This document shows, one piece after another, positions 16,542 to 24,710 of a stretch of 64,000 bases of DNA. This DNA comes from Candidatus Dormiibacterota bacterium (GTDB lineage Bacteria; Chloroflexota; Dormibacteria; CF-121). Where the stretch lies: contig DASYVR010000024.1 of assembly GCA_035936995.1 (NCBI GenBank), positions 7,276 through 71,275 on the forward strand, given 5' to 3'. Below the pieces are notes generated by a model. The model was not told where the DNA came from, did no database searches, and saw only the letters and a program-made list of their open reading frames with translations. Numbering within the stretch: position 1 is the stretch's first letter; every line of letters begins with the position of its first letter. A program made the translations under genes and the position numbers.

Positions 16542-17194
16542 CTGATGTTCCTCCTTGACGTTACCGCCGACACGGTGCTGCGTGCCGGACCGAGGCGGTC
16601 TTCCCCGGTCGTCGGTTCGGTTGGCTGGTAGGTCGCGATCACCACGCCGGTAGTCGTCATCTTGGTGTTGACGAGCCGGAGAGCGAATGAACCACCGTCG
16701 GTGAAGAGACGGCGGCCCGTTCCCAGAACCAGTGGGTGGATCAGGAGCACGTACTCGTCGACGAGGTTGCGCCGCATCAGCGTCTGGAGCAGCGCTGCGC
16801 TGCCGAGCACCACGAGATCCTTGGCCGCTTGCGCCTTGAGCCTGGCCACGGCCTCGGCGGCGTCGCCCTTGAGAAGCGTGGAGTTGCTCCACGGCAGCGG
16901 CTCCTTCAGCGTAGTTGAGGCAACGTACTTCTGCGTGTTGTTGAGCACCGCCGTGAAGGGGTTGTCGGTTCGGTTGGGCCAGACGGCGTAGAAGTCCTCG
17001 TAGGTCCGTCGCCCAAACAGCAGGGCACCGGTATAGGCCATGCTTTCGCCGACCACGCTGCCCAGGACCGAATCGGCGTACGGCGTCGCCCAGCCGCCGT
17101 GCTCGAAGCCGCCGCGGCGATCCTCGTCCGGCCGGCCCGGCGCCTGGATGACCCCATCGAGCGTCAGACTCATGAATGCAACGACTTTGCTCAT
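16538..17194 (-). CDS. Dihydrofolate-reductase-like protein (RibD C-terminal domain family)
   Basis: [20 protein letters not shown]...[11 protein letters not shown]...[25 protein letters not shown] lies 7 nt upstream of ATG 17194. Confidence 0.8.
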   Translation of the reverse strand: MSKVVAFMSLTLDGVIQAPGRPDEDRRGGFEHGGWATPYADSVLGSVVGESMAYTGALLFGRRTYEDFYAVWPNRTDNPFTAVLNNTQKYVASTTLKEPLPWSNSTLLKGDAAEAVARLKAQAAKDLVVLGSAALLQTLMRRNLVDEYVLLIHPLVLGTGRRLFTDGGSFALRLVNTKMTTTGVVIATYQPTEPTTGEDRLGPARSTVSAVTSRRNIR

Positions 17195-17231
17195 TTGAAA
17201 CTCCTTCATGTCGAGTGCTGGTCTTCTCACC

Positions 17232-17260
17232 TCTACACGAATGGCTTCCGACCAGATCGA
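17232..17260 (-). promoter_or_regulatory. Candidate ECF42-type promoter TGTCGA-N17-CGTGTA upstream of the RibD_C/YciI/sigma operon
   Basis: On the minus strand TGTCGA sits at 17260-17255 and CGTG begins 17 nt later. As I recall, published ECF42 target promoters have TGTCGA at -35 and CGAC/CGTC at -10. Confidence 0.35.
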
Positions 17261-17438
17261 CATGGGCACCCGGCCGCGCCACGAAAATTCCCCACCCAGC
17301 GTCGGGAACAACGAGGTGGCAGTGTAGAGAACGGCTGATCGGAGTGCGGGACACGGGAACCGGACCCGCGAGGAAACCAGGTATCTGCAGCTGCAGTCTC
17401 CGAGGCATCCGGGTCGCTACGCCCGAGTAAACAAAAGC

Positions 17439-17831
17439 CTAAAGATCGGTCGGTGAGACCACGAAACCCAGCCTTGCTGCGCCCCGGTGGAGGCGCGCGT
17501 CGAGCGTCACGAAGCGGCAATCCAGTAGCTGGGCCAGGGCGAGATACTCCGCGTCGTAGGTCTTCGCCCATCCCATTTCACTCGCGAGGTTCCATGCTCG
17601 CCGGCTCAGCTGGCGCTGCGTGCGAGCGCGTATGGGCGCAAGGTCGAGTGCGTCGAGCGTTCGCAAAGCCTGGGCCTCGGAGACTTCGTGCCGAAACAAC
17701 GCCTCGTGGAGAGCCGATCGCGACTCTGCCCAGAGTAGAGGCGGCGCAAAAAGCTCTTCAGTCCCGAAGACATCGAACCCATCCGGGGATGCACACGCAG
17801 GCAGCACTACGCTCGCATCGACGACCAGCAT
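17439..17831 (-). CDS. vapC: PIN-domain toxin (VapC-like)
   Basis: MLVVDASVVL..., ...TYDAEYLALAQLLDCRFVTLDARL. Starts 6 nt after the antitoxin stop. Confidence 0.75.
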   Translation of the reverse strand: MLVVDASVVLPACASPDGFDVFGTEELFAPPLLWAESRSALHEALFRHEVSEAQALRTLDALDLAPIRARTQRQLSRRAWNLASEMGWAKTYDAEYLALAQLLDCRFVTLDARLHRGAARLGFVVSPTDL

Positions 17832-17836
17832 CGTGT

Positions 17837-18085
17837 TCAGTGACCCCGCCTGGAGCGCCTGAGCATCCGCACCCAGTCGGGTTGCGGCTCGCCAGTCCAG
17901 GTCTTCCGCCATGCCCTTGGCATCGGCAAGCTACCAGGGTCACCAGCTGCCCGATCGAGGTCCGCCTCGTCAATCATGTGCTGGGTTCCCACTCGTTCGG
18001 CACGCAGTTTGCCAGCACGAATCCAGCGCCGAATCGTTTCCGGGTCGCGACCGACCCGGTCAGCGGCGCTCGGCACGGTCAACAT
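17837..18085 (-). CDS. HTH (excisionase/MerR-like) antitoxin partner of VapC
   Basis: MLTVPSAADRVGRDPETIRRWIRAGKLRAERVG is a short HTH_17-like domain, immediately upstream of the PIN gene. Confidence 0.65.
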   Translation of the reverse strand: MLTVPSAADRVGRDPETIRRWIRAGKLRAERVGTQHMIDEADLDRAAGDPGSLPMPRAWRKTWTGEPQPDWVRMLRRSRRGH

Positions 18086-18106
18086 TGTAGTTGCATACTA
18101 CTACAA
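18085..18106. promoter_or_regulatory. Inverted repeat TTGTAGT-N8-ACTACAA at the antitoxin start; candidate TA autoregulation site
   Basis: 7-bp arms in an AT-rich patch. One arm abuts the ATG (18085-18083). A TAGTAT -10-like hexamer lies on the minus strand, suggesting a leaderless mRNA. Confidence 0.4.
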
Positions 18107-18184
18107 CCACCGGCCGACCAGTGAAGCAAAACACCGGCCAAGCCCGCTTGTCCCGCTGGCCAGAACTTATCGAGGTGAGAAAAC

Positions 18185-18257
18185 AGCGGGAGACGGGACT
18201 CGAACCCGCGACCATGTACTTGGAAGGCACACGCTCTACCAGCTGAGCTACTCCCGC
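18185..18257 (-). tRNA. tRNA-Gly (anticodon UCC)
   Basis: Minus strand GCGGGAG-TA-GCTC-AGCTGGTA-GAGC-G-TGTGC-CTTCCAA-GTACA-TGGTC-GCGGG-TTCGAGT-CCCGT-CTCCCGC-T. Cloverleaf folds by hand. CCA not encoded. Confidence 0.9.
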
Positions 18258-18290
18258 GCCGCGCCGTATTCTAACCCGCGGACGGCGACC

Positions 18291-18962
18291 CTACGGCCGG
18301 TCGTCGACCCAGGCCTCGCCTTCCGTGTAGATCTCTTTCTTCCAGATCGGTACGGTGCGCTTCAGTTCGTCGATCAGCCACTCGCAGGCGTCAAACGCCT
18401 CGCCCCGATGCGGGGCCGCGACCGCGATCACCACGCTGACCTCCCCAACCTGGAGCGTGCCCGTACGGTGGACGACCGCCAGGTCCGAGATCGGCCAGCG
18501 CCGGCGGGCCTCTTCGGCCAGCTGCTCGATCTGCTTTTGCGCCATCGAGCCGTAGGCCTCGTAGACGAGCGCCCGTACCTGCTTGCCGCGCGAATGCTCG
18601 CGGACGATGCCCTCGAACACGACCAGTGCGCCGTCCGCGTCGCTGCGGATCCGGCCGGCGATCCCCATCGAGTCCAGCGGCTCCTCGCTGATCGCCACCA
18701 GCCCGCGACGCTCGCCGATCGCACCCCCACTCACCGGCGGGATGACGGCGAGCTCGTCACCCTCCTTCAGGGGGTCGTCCCAGCCGGCATATTCCGAGTT
18801 CACCGCGCAGCGGAAAGAACGGGGCAGCGGCCCCAGGTGATAGGTCGTGCTCAGCTGGCTCCAGGCATCCGCGGCGGTGGCGCCGGCGGGGAGCGCCAGC
18901 TCGACGTTCGGCTGACCGACCAGTTCGCGTGGCTTGGCGAAGAGCACCACTCGCACCTTCAT
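18291..18962 (-). CDS. MoaD-MoaE fusion (molybdopterin synthase small plus large subunit, MoaX-like)
   Basis: N-terminal 80 aa form a ThiS/MoaD fold ending LAVIPPVSGG. The rest is MoaE-like (VVFEGIVREHSRGKQV...VGEVSVVIAVAAPHRGEAF...ELKRTVPIWKKE). Confidence 0.85.
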   Translation of the reverse strand: MKVRVVLFAKPRELVGQPNVELALPAGATAADAWSQLSTTYHLGPLPRSFRCAVNSEYAGWDDPLKEGDELAVIPPVSGGAIGERRGLVAISEEPLDSMGIAGRIRSDADGALVVFEGIVREHSRGKQVRALVYEAYGSMAQKQIEQLAEEARRRWPISDLAVVHRTGTLQVGEVSVVIAVAAPHRGEAFDACEWLIDELKRTVPIWKKEIYTEGEAWVDDRP

Positions 18963-18969
18963 GGCGAAA

Positions 18970-19452
18970 TCATATCCCGGGCCCCCTGGCGAACTTGGGC
19001 ACAATGAGCTTGTCGACGGTCAGGTCAGCCGCAAAGTTCAGGCGGGCCATGGTCCGCTCCGTGCCGCCAAATTGCGGACGGGTCGCCGTCCCCGGGTTGA
19101 TGAAGCGGGTGCGCCCAATCCGTTCATCCCGCCAGCGATGGGTGTGGCCGTGGATCACGACGTCGAAGCCTCCCGCCCAGCGCGTCCACCGCTTGTCCAG
19201 GTTGTGCACCATCCCGAGGCGCCACCGCCCGATGTTGCCCTCGATCTTCGTCGGGTATTGGGGGTCGCTGGGCGCATTCCCGTTCACGACCACGAGGCGC
19301 CCGAGCCGGCGCAGCCCGGCGAGGACCTCCTCAGTGCCCCAGTCACCCGCGTGCCAGATCTCGTCAACGTCAGCGAATTCCCTGGCTACGTGGGCCAGGA
19401 GTGCCGAGACATCGAAGTTGCCCTGGGTGTCCGCGATCAGGCCGATCTTCAT
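18970..19452 (-). CDS. Metallophosphoesterase (YfcE/MJ0936 family)
   Basis: MKIGLIADTQGN, HAGDWG, VNGN and VIHGHTH motifs. Confidence 0.8.
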   Translation of the reverse strand: MKIGLIADTQGNFDVSALLAHVAREFADVDEIWHAGDWGTEEVLAGLRRLGRLVVVNGNAPSDPQYPTKIEGNIGRWRLGMVHNLDKRWTRWAGGFDVVIHGHTHRWRDERIGRTRFINPGTATRPQFGGTERTMARLNFAADLTVDKLIVPKFARGPGI

Positions 19453-20198
19453 CGAAAGAGGTCGGTCGACGGATCCCGAAGCAATTCGCGAACGGTGCCC
19501 TCGCCGGCAACATGCGCCCCGCGGATCAGCGCCACGGGAACCCGATCGAGCTTGCCCATGACCAGCTCCGCGGCCGAAGCGACCTCATCGGCCACCCCGA
19601 GCTCGGTCCCCTGTAGCTCGTAGCCGGCGGGATCCTGCTCCCCCCGGTAGTCGCGCAGCGCCACGACGCCGGCCGCACCAATCGCGACGTTGACCTGCCC
19701 TTCCCGCCATGGCCGCCCGAAACTGTCGGAGATCACGACCCCGACCACCGCTCCGGTGAGTTCCCCCAAACCATCCCGCAACCGCCGGGCAGACTCATCC
19801 GGGCGTTCCGGCAGCAAGACCACCATCTCCTTTCCGCCCGTGTTCGACCGATCGACACCGGCGTTGGCGCAGACAAAGCCATGCCGGGTCTCGGTGATCA
19901 GCACGTGAGGCGCCTCGCGAACGACCCGCACTGACTCGGCAAGGATCACTTCAACGTGCCGCGGGTCGAACCCGATCCGGTGCCCGATTTCGGTCGCCCG
20001 AGCCGAGGGCTCCACCTCATCAAGAGAGCGGACGCGGCCTTCGACCTTCGACACGATCTTCTGTGTGACGACGACGACGTCGCCCGACTCGAGTGATAGT
20101 CCGATCCGCTGGACACCCTCGACAATCAGGCGTGCGAGCGGCGCCCCAGCGGCGATTTCGGGAAGGCCCGAAACCGGATAGATCGAGACCGGATTCAA
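19449..20198 (-). CDS. cofE: Coenzyme F420-0:L-glutamate ligase
   Basis: GDVVVVTQKIVSKVEGR and ETRHGFVCANAGVDRSN are CofE/FbiB N-domain motifs. TTG start overlaps the cofC stop as TTGA. Confidence 0.85.
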   Translation of the reverse strand: MNPVSIYPVSGLPEIAAGAPLARLIVEGVQRIGLSLESGDVVVVTQKIVSKVEGRVRSLDEVEPSARATEIGHRIGFDPRHVEVILAESVRVVREAPHVLITETRHGFVCANAGVDRSNTGGKEMVVLLPERPDESARRLRDGLGELTGAVVGVVISDSFGRPWREGQVNVAIGAAGVVALRDYRGEQDPAGYELQGTELGVADEVASAAELVMGKLDRVPVALIRGAHVAGEGTVRELLRDPSTDLFR

Positions 20199-20863
20199 CC
20201 GCGGGGCGGCGTCGCAGCAAGAACCCGCTCGGCGACCTCGAGCTCCGCCAGAAGTTGCCGGGTCGCCGTCTCACGGTTGAGCTGCATGAAGGCGACGATG
20301 TCATCGGGCCGGTCCAGATCGTAGCGCAGGCCCTCGACGTCCTTCACCTCGAGGCTGCGGTTCGCGCGCCTTGCCTCAGCCTGGTGGAGTATGAAGCTGT
20401 CCTCCCCGAATCGCAGGGTGATGGCATGTGGCGGCACCAGGCGCAGCCCATTGGTGCCGGTGCGTTCACGGTCCGGAGAGATCAATACTTCGATTTCCGG
20501 CCGGTAGCGACAGAGCTCCTGGAGTTCTTCCGCCGTCACGGCGGGCACGTCCCCGGGAATGGTTAAGGCGGCCGTATAACCGCGCTCCCATGCGGCGGCA
20601 AAGCCCTGCTGCACCGCGGCGCTCTGCCCCTGACTCACCCGGTCGACCAGCGGTTCGAGGCCAAACCGCCGAGCCTCGTCCAGCATCTCGGCGTCATCGG
20701 AGATCACGAACCGCCCATACGGCTCCAGCGGCGAAACCGCGCCGAAGACGTCACGGGCCATCGTGAGGGCGAGGCGCAACCGATCGGCTTCGCTGAGCAC
20801 CGACTCCAGCCGATATTTCGCCCGCCGAGGCGCCTTGACCGGGACCACGATGGCGAGCATCAC
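20195..20863 (-). CDS. cofC: 2-phospho-L-lactate (or PEP) guanylyltransferase
   Basis: MLAIVVPVKAPRRAKYRL...LTIPGDVP are CofC/FbiD-like. GTG overlaps the cofD stop. Confidence 0.8.
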   Translation of the reverse strand: MMLAIVVPVKAPRRAKYRLESVLSEADRLRLALTMARDVFGAVSPLEPYGRFVISDDAEMLDEARRFGLEPLVDRVSQGQSAAVQQGFAAAWERGYTAALTIPGDVPAVTAEELQELCRYRPEIEVLISPDRERTGTNGLRLVPPHAITLRFGEDSFILHQAEARRANRSLEVKDVEGLRYDLDRPDDIVAFMQLNRETATRQLLAELEVAERVLAATPPRG

Positions 20864-21810
20864 GCCGCCGCCGGCTGGCGCAAGAGATCCAATGCGGTGG
20901 AGGCCACCTGACTCGCCGAATCGCTGTCATCGAGGATCGTCGGCCGGACCGCGATCCGGTAGCCGAGGCCGGCGATCGCCGCGGCCAGCGCGGCATCCGC
21001 CGTGTCCAGCACGAATCCGGTCGCGATATCCCGATACAGCTCGGCGACCCCGAGCGCATCCGGACGCATTCCCTGAGCTCGCATCAGCTCGACGGTCGGG
21101 CCCTTGACCGCGCGCCCGGCGATCAGGGGCGAGATGGCGACGGTTCGACCTCGGGTGGCGCCCAGCAACGCGCGCATGCCGGGGACCCCCAGGATCGGTC
21201 CGATGCTGATGCTTGGATTGCTAGGCGCAATCAGCACCAGGCGCGCCGCCGACAGCACCTCGGCGATGCCCGGCGCCGGGCGAGCCTTTTCCAGACCGGT
21301 CCAGTAAATTTCTTGCACCACCGGACGGCAGCGTTCGCGAACGAAGTACTCCTGGAAGTGCAGGTCGCCGGCGGCGGTCTTGAGCCGGGTCTCAATCGGT
21401 GCGTCGGTCATCGGGAGCACCCGGCTGCGCACACCCAGACGCTCAGCGAGCTCTGCCGTGACGGCGTGAAGTGGAACGCCCGCGGTGAGCCGCCCGGTTC
21501 GGTAGAGGTGGGTCGCCAGGTCACGGTCGCCGAGCTGGAACCAGGATGCCTCGGTCAGCCTGGCGAAGGCCGCCTGGGCAGTGAAGGTGTCATCCGCAAT
21601 CCCCCAGCCCCGCACTTCATCGGCCACGCCGGCGAGCCAGTAGGTCACGGTGTCGAGATCGGGCGCGATGTACAGCCCGTGCCACCACATGTCGTCCCCG
21701 GTGTTCCCGATGACGACGATCTCTTCCGGCGCCACCACGCGCACCAGGCCGCGCAAAAACCGCGCCGCGCCGACGCCGCCGGCCAAGACGACGACGGGCC
21801 CAAGACTCAT
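20860..21810 (-). CDS. cofD: 2-phospho-L-lactate transferase
   Basis: VVVLAGGVGAARFLRGL...VIGNTGDD...HGLYIAPDLDTVTYWLAG. Start trimmed to ATG 21810. Confidence 0.85.
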   Translation of the reverse strand: MSLGPVVVLAGGVGAARFLRGLVRVVAPEEIVVIGNTGDDMWWHGLYIAPDLDTVTYWLAGVADEVRGWGIADDTFTAQAAFARLTEASWFQLGDRDLATHLYRTGRLTAGVPLHAVTAELAERLGVRSRVLPMTDAPIETRLKTAAGDLHFQEYFVRERCRPVVQEIYWTGLEKARPAPGIAEVLSAARLVLIAPSNPSISIGPILGVPGMRALLGATRGRTVAISPLIAGRAVKGPTVELMRAQGMRPDALGVAELYRDIATGFVLDTADAALAAAIAGLGYRIAVRPTILDDSDSASQVASTALDLLRQPAAA

Positions 21811-21829
21811 TCCAGCATCATAGGAAACG

Positions 21830-22672
21830 ATGTCGGTATTCCAGGCTCTCGTATTGGCGTTGCTGCAGGGCGTCACGGAACTCTTTCCGGTGAGCAGTCT
21901 GGGCCACACGGTAATCCTCCCGAAACTGCTTGGCTGGAACATCAACCAAGCCGACCCCACCTTCCTGGCGTACGTGGTGCTACTCCACGTCGGCACCGCC
22001 ACCGCGCTCCTCATCTACTTCTGGCGGGACTGGCTCGCCATTGCCGGATCGGTGCTCCGGAGCGTCATCGACGGCCGCATGCACGGGACCGCCAACGAGC
22101 GGCTCGGCTGGCGGCTGATCGCCGGCACTGTTCCGGCCGGCGTGGTCGGCGTCCTGTTCCAGAAGCCGGTGCAGAGCCTGTTCGCCAACCCGCGGGCGGC
22201 CGCGGCCTTCCTGATCGTCAATGGCGTCATCATGTTCGGCGGCGAGCGTATTCGGCGCCGCGCCGTGGCCGCGGACGTCGGACGCACCCGGCTCGACGGG
22301 CTCCCTGTCCGCACCGCGGTCGGTATCGGCTCGGCGCAGATCCTGGCGCTGCTCCCCGGAATTTCGCGCTCGGGCAGCACCATGGTGGCCGGCTTGCTCG
22401 CCAACCTCACCCACGAGGCCGCCGCCCGCTTCGCTTTCCTGTTGGCGACGCCCATCATCTTCGGCGCCGGGGTCCTCAAGATCCCGGACCTCTTCACGCC
22501 GGTGGCCCGGCCGCATTTGCCCGTCTATTTGCTCGGCGGCGTGGCCGCGGGAGTTGCCGCCTTCCTGAGCGTGGCTTACCTCATGAGATACTTTCGGGTG
22601 GGACGGCTCGATCCATTTGCGATCTACTGCGCGGCGTTCGGGATCGTTTCGCTGATCCTGCTGAGCCGCTGA
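21830..22672 (+). CDS. uppP: Undecaprenyl-diphosphate phosphatase
   Basis: ALLQGVTELFPVSSLGH and PGISRSGSTM are BacA/UppP motifs. Confidence 0.9.
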   Translation: MSVFQALVLALLQGVTELFPVSSLGHTVILPKLLGWNINQADPTFLAYVVLLHVGTATALLIYFWRDWLAIAGSVLRSVIDGRMHGTANERLGWRLIAGTVPAGVVGVLFQKPVQSLFANPRAAAAFLIVNGVIMFGGERIRRRAVAADVGRTRLDGLPVRTAVGIGSAQILALLPGISRSGSTMVAGLLANLTHEAAARFAFLLATPIIFGAGVLKIPDLFTPVARPHLPVYLLGGVAAGVAAFLSVAYLMRYFRVGRLDPFAIYCAAFGIVSLILLSR

Positions 22673-22687
22673 CATTCAGGAGGACAG

Positions 22688-22942
22688 ATGCAAGACAACC
22701 CCATCCAAAACAACCCGATGGCGTTCTTCGCCGGCGTCGTGCTCTTTTTCATCGGGCTGCTGGCGACGGTGTTTTATCTTTTCGTTAGGACTGCCCAGGA
22801 AAGCCTGATCCTGCCGGGGCCAACGCTGCGGCTGAAGCACATCATCCTGGCGCTCGCGATCGCCCTCGTGGGAGTGGTGATCGCGTCCTTCGCCCGACCG
22901 CGCAGCCCGTCCGCGTCGAGCACACCTCGCTACAACCGCTAG
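22688..22942 (+). CDS. Small two-TM membrane protein, hypothetical
   Basis: AGGAGGA RBS 5 nt upstream of the ATG. Two hydrophobic helices. Lower-GC patch. Confidence 0.5.
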   Translation: MQDNPIQNNPMAFFAGVVLFFIGLLATVFYLFVRTAQESLILPGPTLRLKHIILALAIALVGVVIASFARPRSPSASSTPRYNR

Positions 22943-22957
22943 GCGGAAAATAAGCGC

Positions 22958-23938
22958 ATGGCGCAAATCGGCTACGCCGCCATGCTCGAGCAGTTCCATC
23001 CGCGCGACCTGATCGGCTTCTGCGAGAAAGCTGAAGCCTCCGGGTTCTCCGGCGTGATGGCGGCCGACCACGTCCAGCCCTGGATCCCGCAGCAAGGGCA
23101 AGCGTCGTTCGTGTGGTCGTTCATGACGGCGGCCGCCGAGCACACGCGCGGTGATATCGGCCCGGGCGTCACCTGCCCTTCCTTTCGCTCGCATCCGGCG
23201 ATCATCGCCCAGGCAGCGGCAACGATGGCCGCCATGTACCCTGGCCGTTTCTGGCTCGGATTGGGATCTGGGGAAGCGCTGAACGAGCACCTCGTTGCCG
23301 GCTACTGGCCAGAAGTGGCGGAGCGCATCAACCGGATGTTCGAATCGATCGAGATCATCCGGAAGCTGTTCACCGGGAAGGACGTCAAGCACGCGGGCGA
23401 GTACTACAAGATGGAGACGATGCGGCTCTGGACCATGCCGGAGCAGCCTCCGCCAATCTACATCGCGACCGCGGGGCCGGTGACCGCCGAAAAGACCGGC
23501 CGTTTCTGCGACGGACTGATCACCGTCGGCGCTCCAGAGGAGAAGATCGATGGCATCTTCCAGCGCTTCGAGAAGGGCGCCCGCGATGCCGGGAAGGATC
23601 CATCGAGCCTGCCCAAAATCCTCCAACTTCACCTGTCGTGGGCGCGCACCGACGAGGAAGCGATGCGGAATGCCCTCACGGAATGGCCCAATGGCGGGAT
23701 GAAGTTCCCGAAGGCCGACATTCGGTCGCCGAATGACTTCGCCCAGATGGCCAAGCTCGTTCGGCCCGAAGACTTCCAGGGCCGCATGCTGATCTCGGCC
23801 GATCCGGATGCGCATTGTCGCGAGATCCAGAAGTTCATCGACCTCGGGTTCGATCGTGTCTACCTCCACAACGTCGGCCGGAACCAGCTCGAGTGGATTG
23901 ACGTCTTCGGCCGGCAGGTCCTCCCCAAGCTCCACTAG
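22958..23938 (+). CDS. LLM-class F420-dependent oxidoreductase (G6PDH/Fgd-like family)
   Basis: MAQIGYAAMLEQFHP...ADHVQPW...GRFWLGLGSGEALNEH resembles the F420-dependent G6PDH-family luciferase-like monooxygenase fold. Confidence 0.8.
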   Translation: MAQIGYAAMLEQFHPRDLIGFCEKAEASGFSGVMAADHVQPWIPQQGQASFVWSFMTAAAEHTRGDIGPGVTCPSFRSHPAIIAQAAATMAAMYPGRFWLGLGSGEALNEHLVAGYWPEVAERINRMFESIEIIRKLFTGKDVKHAGEYYKMETMRLWTMPEQPPPIYIATAGPVTAEKTGRFCDGLITVGAPEEKIDGIFQRFEKGARDAGKDPSSLPKILQLHLSWARTDEEAMRNALTEWPNGGMKFPKADIRSPNDFAQMAKLVRPEDFQGRMLISADPDAHCREIQKFIDLGFDRVYLHNVGRNQLEWIDVFGRQVLPKLH

Positions 23939-24710
23939 GGCGCGGGCGACTCGCCCGGCGGCCATCGCCACGGCGATCGACCTCGAGCTGCGCCATCATC
24001 GCAACCCGGCTCGAGCCCCGGCCGAGAAGGCGTACCTGAAGAGCGACCTCGAGTTCCTGGGGGTCGGACTCCCGGCGATGCGTCAGGCAGTCGGGGCGGT
24101 CAAGCGGGAGCATGGCGAACTCGACCGTCACGGGCTGGCCGCGCTGGTCGGCATCCTCTGGAGCCGGCCCGTGTTCGAGCGCCGGATGATGGCGGTCCTG
24201 CTACTGGAAGCCTTCGAGCCGCTTCTCCGCCCGGCGGATATCACGCTCCTGGAGCATTTGATCCGTCAATCGAAGACCTGGGCCTTTGTCGACGAGCTGG
24301 CCATCGCCATCACCGGGCCGCTGGTGGAGCGCTCCCCGCAACTGCTCAGGGTCCTCGACCGCTGGGCAGAGGATGGCGACTTCTGGGTGCGCCGCTCCGC
24401 CATGCTGACGTTGCTGCGGCCCTTGCGCCGAGGCGGTGGCGACTTCCCGCGATTCGCGCGCTATGCCGAGGCCATGCTCACGGAACGCGAGTTCTTCATT
24501 CGGAAAGCCATCGGCTGAGTCTTGCGCGAGACCGGTAAGAAACGACCCGAGCTCGTGTACGCCTGGCTCCTCCCCCGCTGCGCCGCCGCTTCCGGTGTCA
24601 CCGTGCGCGAGGCCGTGAAGTACCTTTCGCCGCAACAGCGCGCCGAGGTGCTCGCCGCCTATCAGTCGGCAAAGCGCCAGGGAGGAGCTTCCGGCCGCGG
24701 ACCTCGATAA
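23898..24710 (+). pseudogene. AlkD/AlkC-like DNA alkylation repair protein gene interrupted by one in-frame TGA (24516-24518)
   Basis: Track ORFs 23808..24518 and 24522..24710 share one frame. The junction reads FFIRKAIG-TGA-VLRETGKKRPELV, where the family has KAIGW.LRE. The 5' start is uncertain (TTG 23898 or GTG 23856). Confidence 0.7.

Noticed and set aside
17385-17396. 12-bp palindrome CTGCAGCTGCAG between the sigma operon and the VapC gene
   Set aside because: A GC-rich self-complementary 12-mer can arise by chance in this composition. It has no partner sites and no positional link to a promoter.
24516-24518. Selenocysteine insertion at the in-frame TGAs
   Set aside because: Both TGAs align with conserved Trp, not Cys/Sec, positions. 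The families are not selenoproteins. I see no convincing SECIS-like hairpin immediately downstream.
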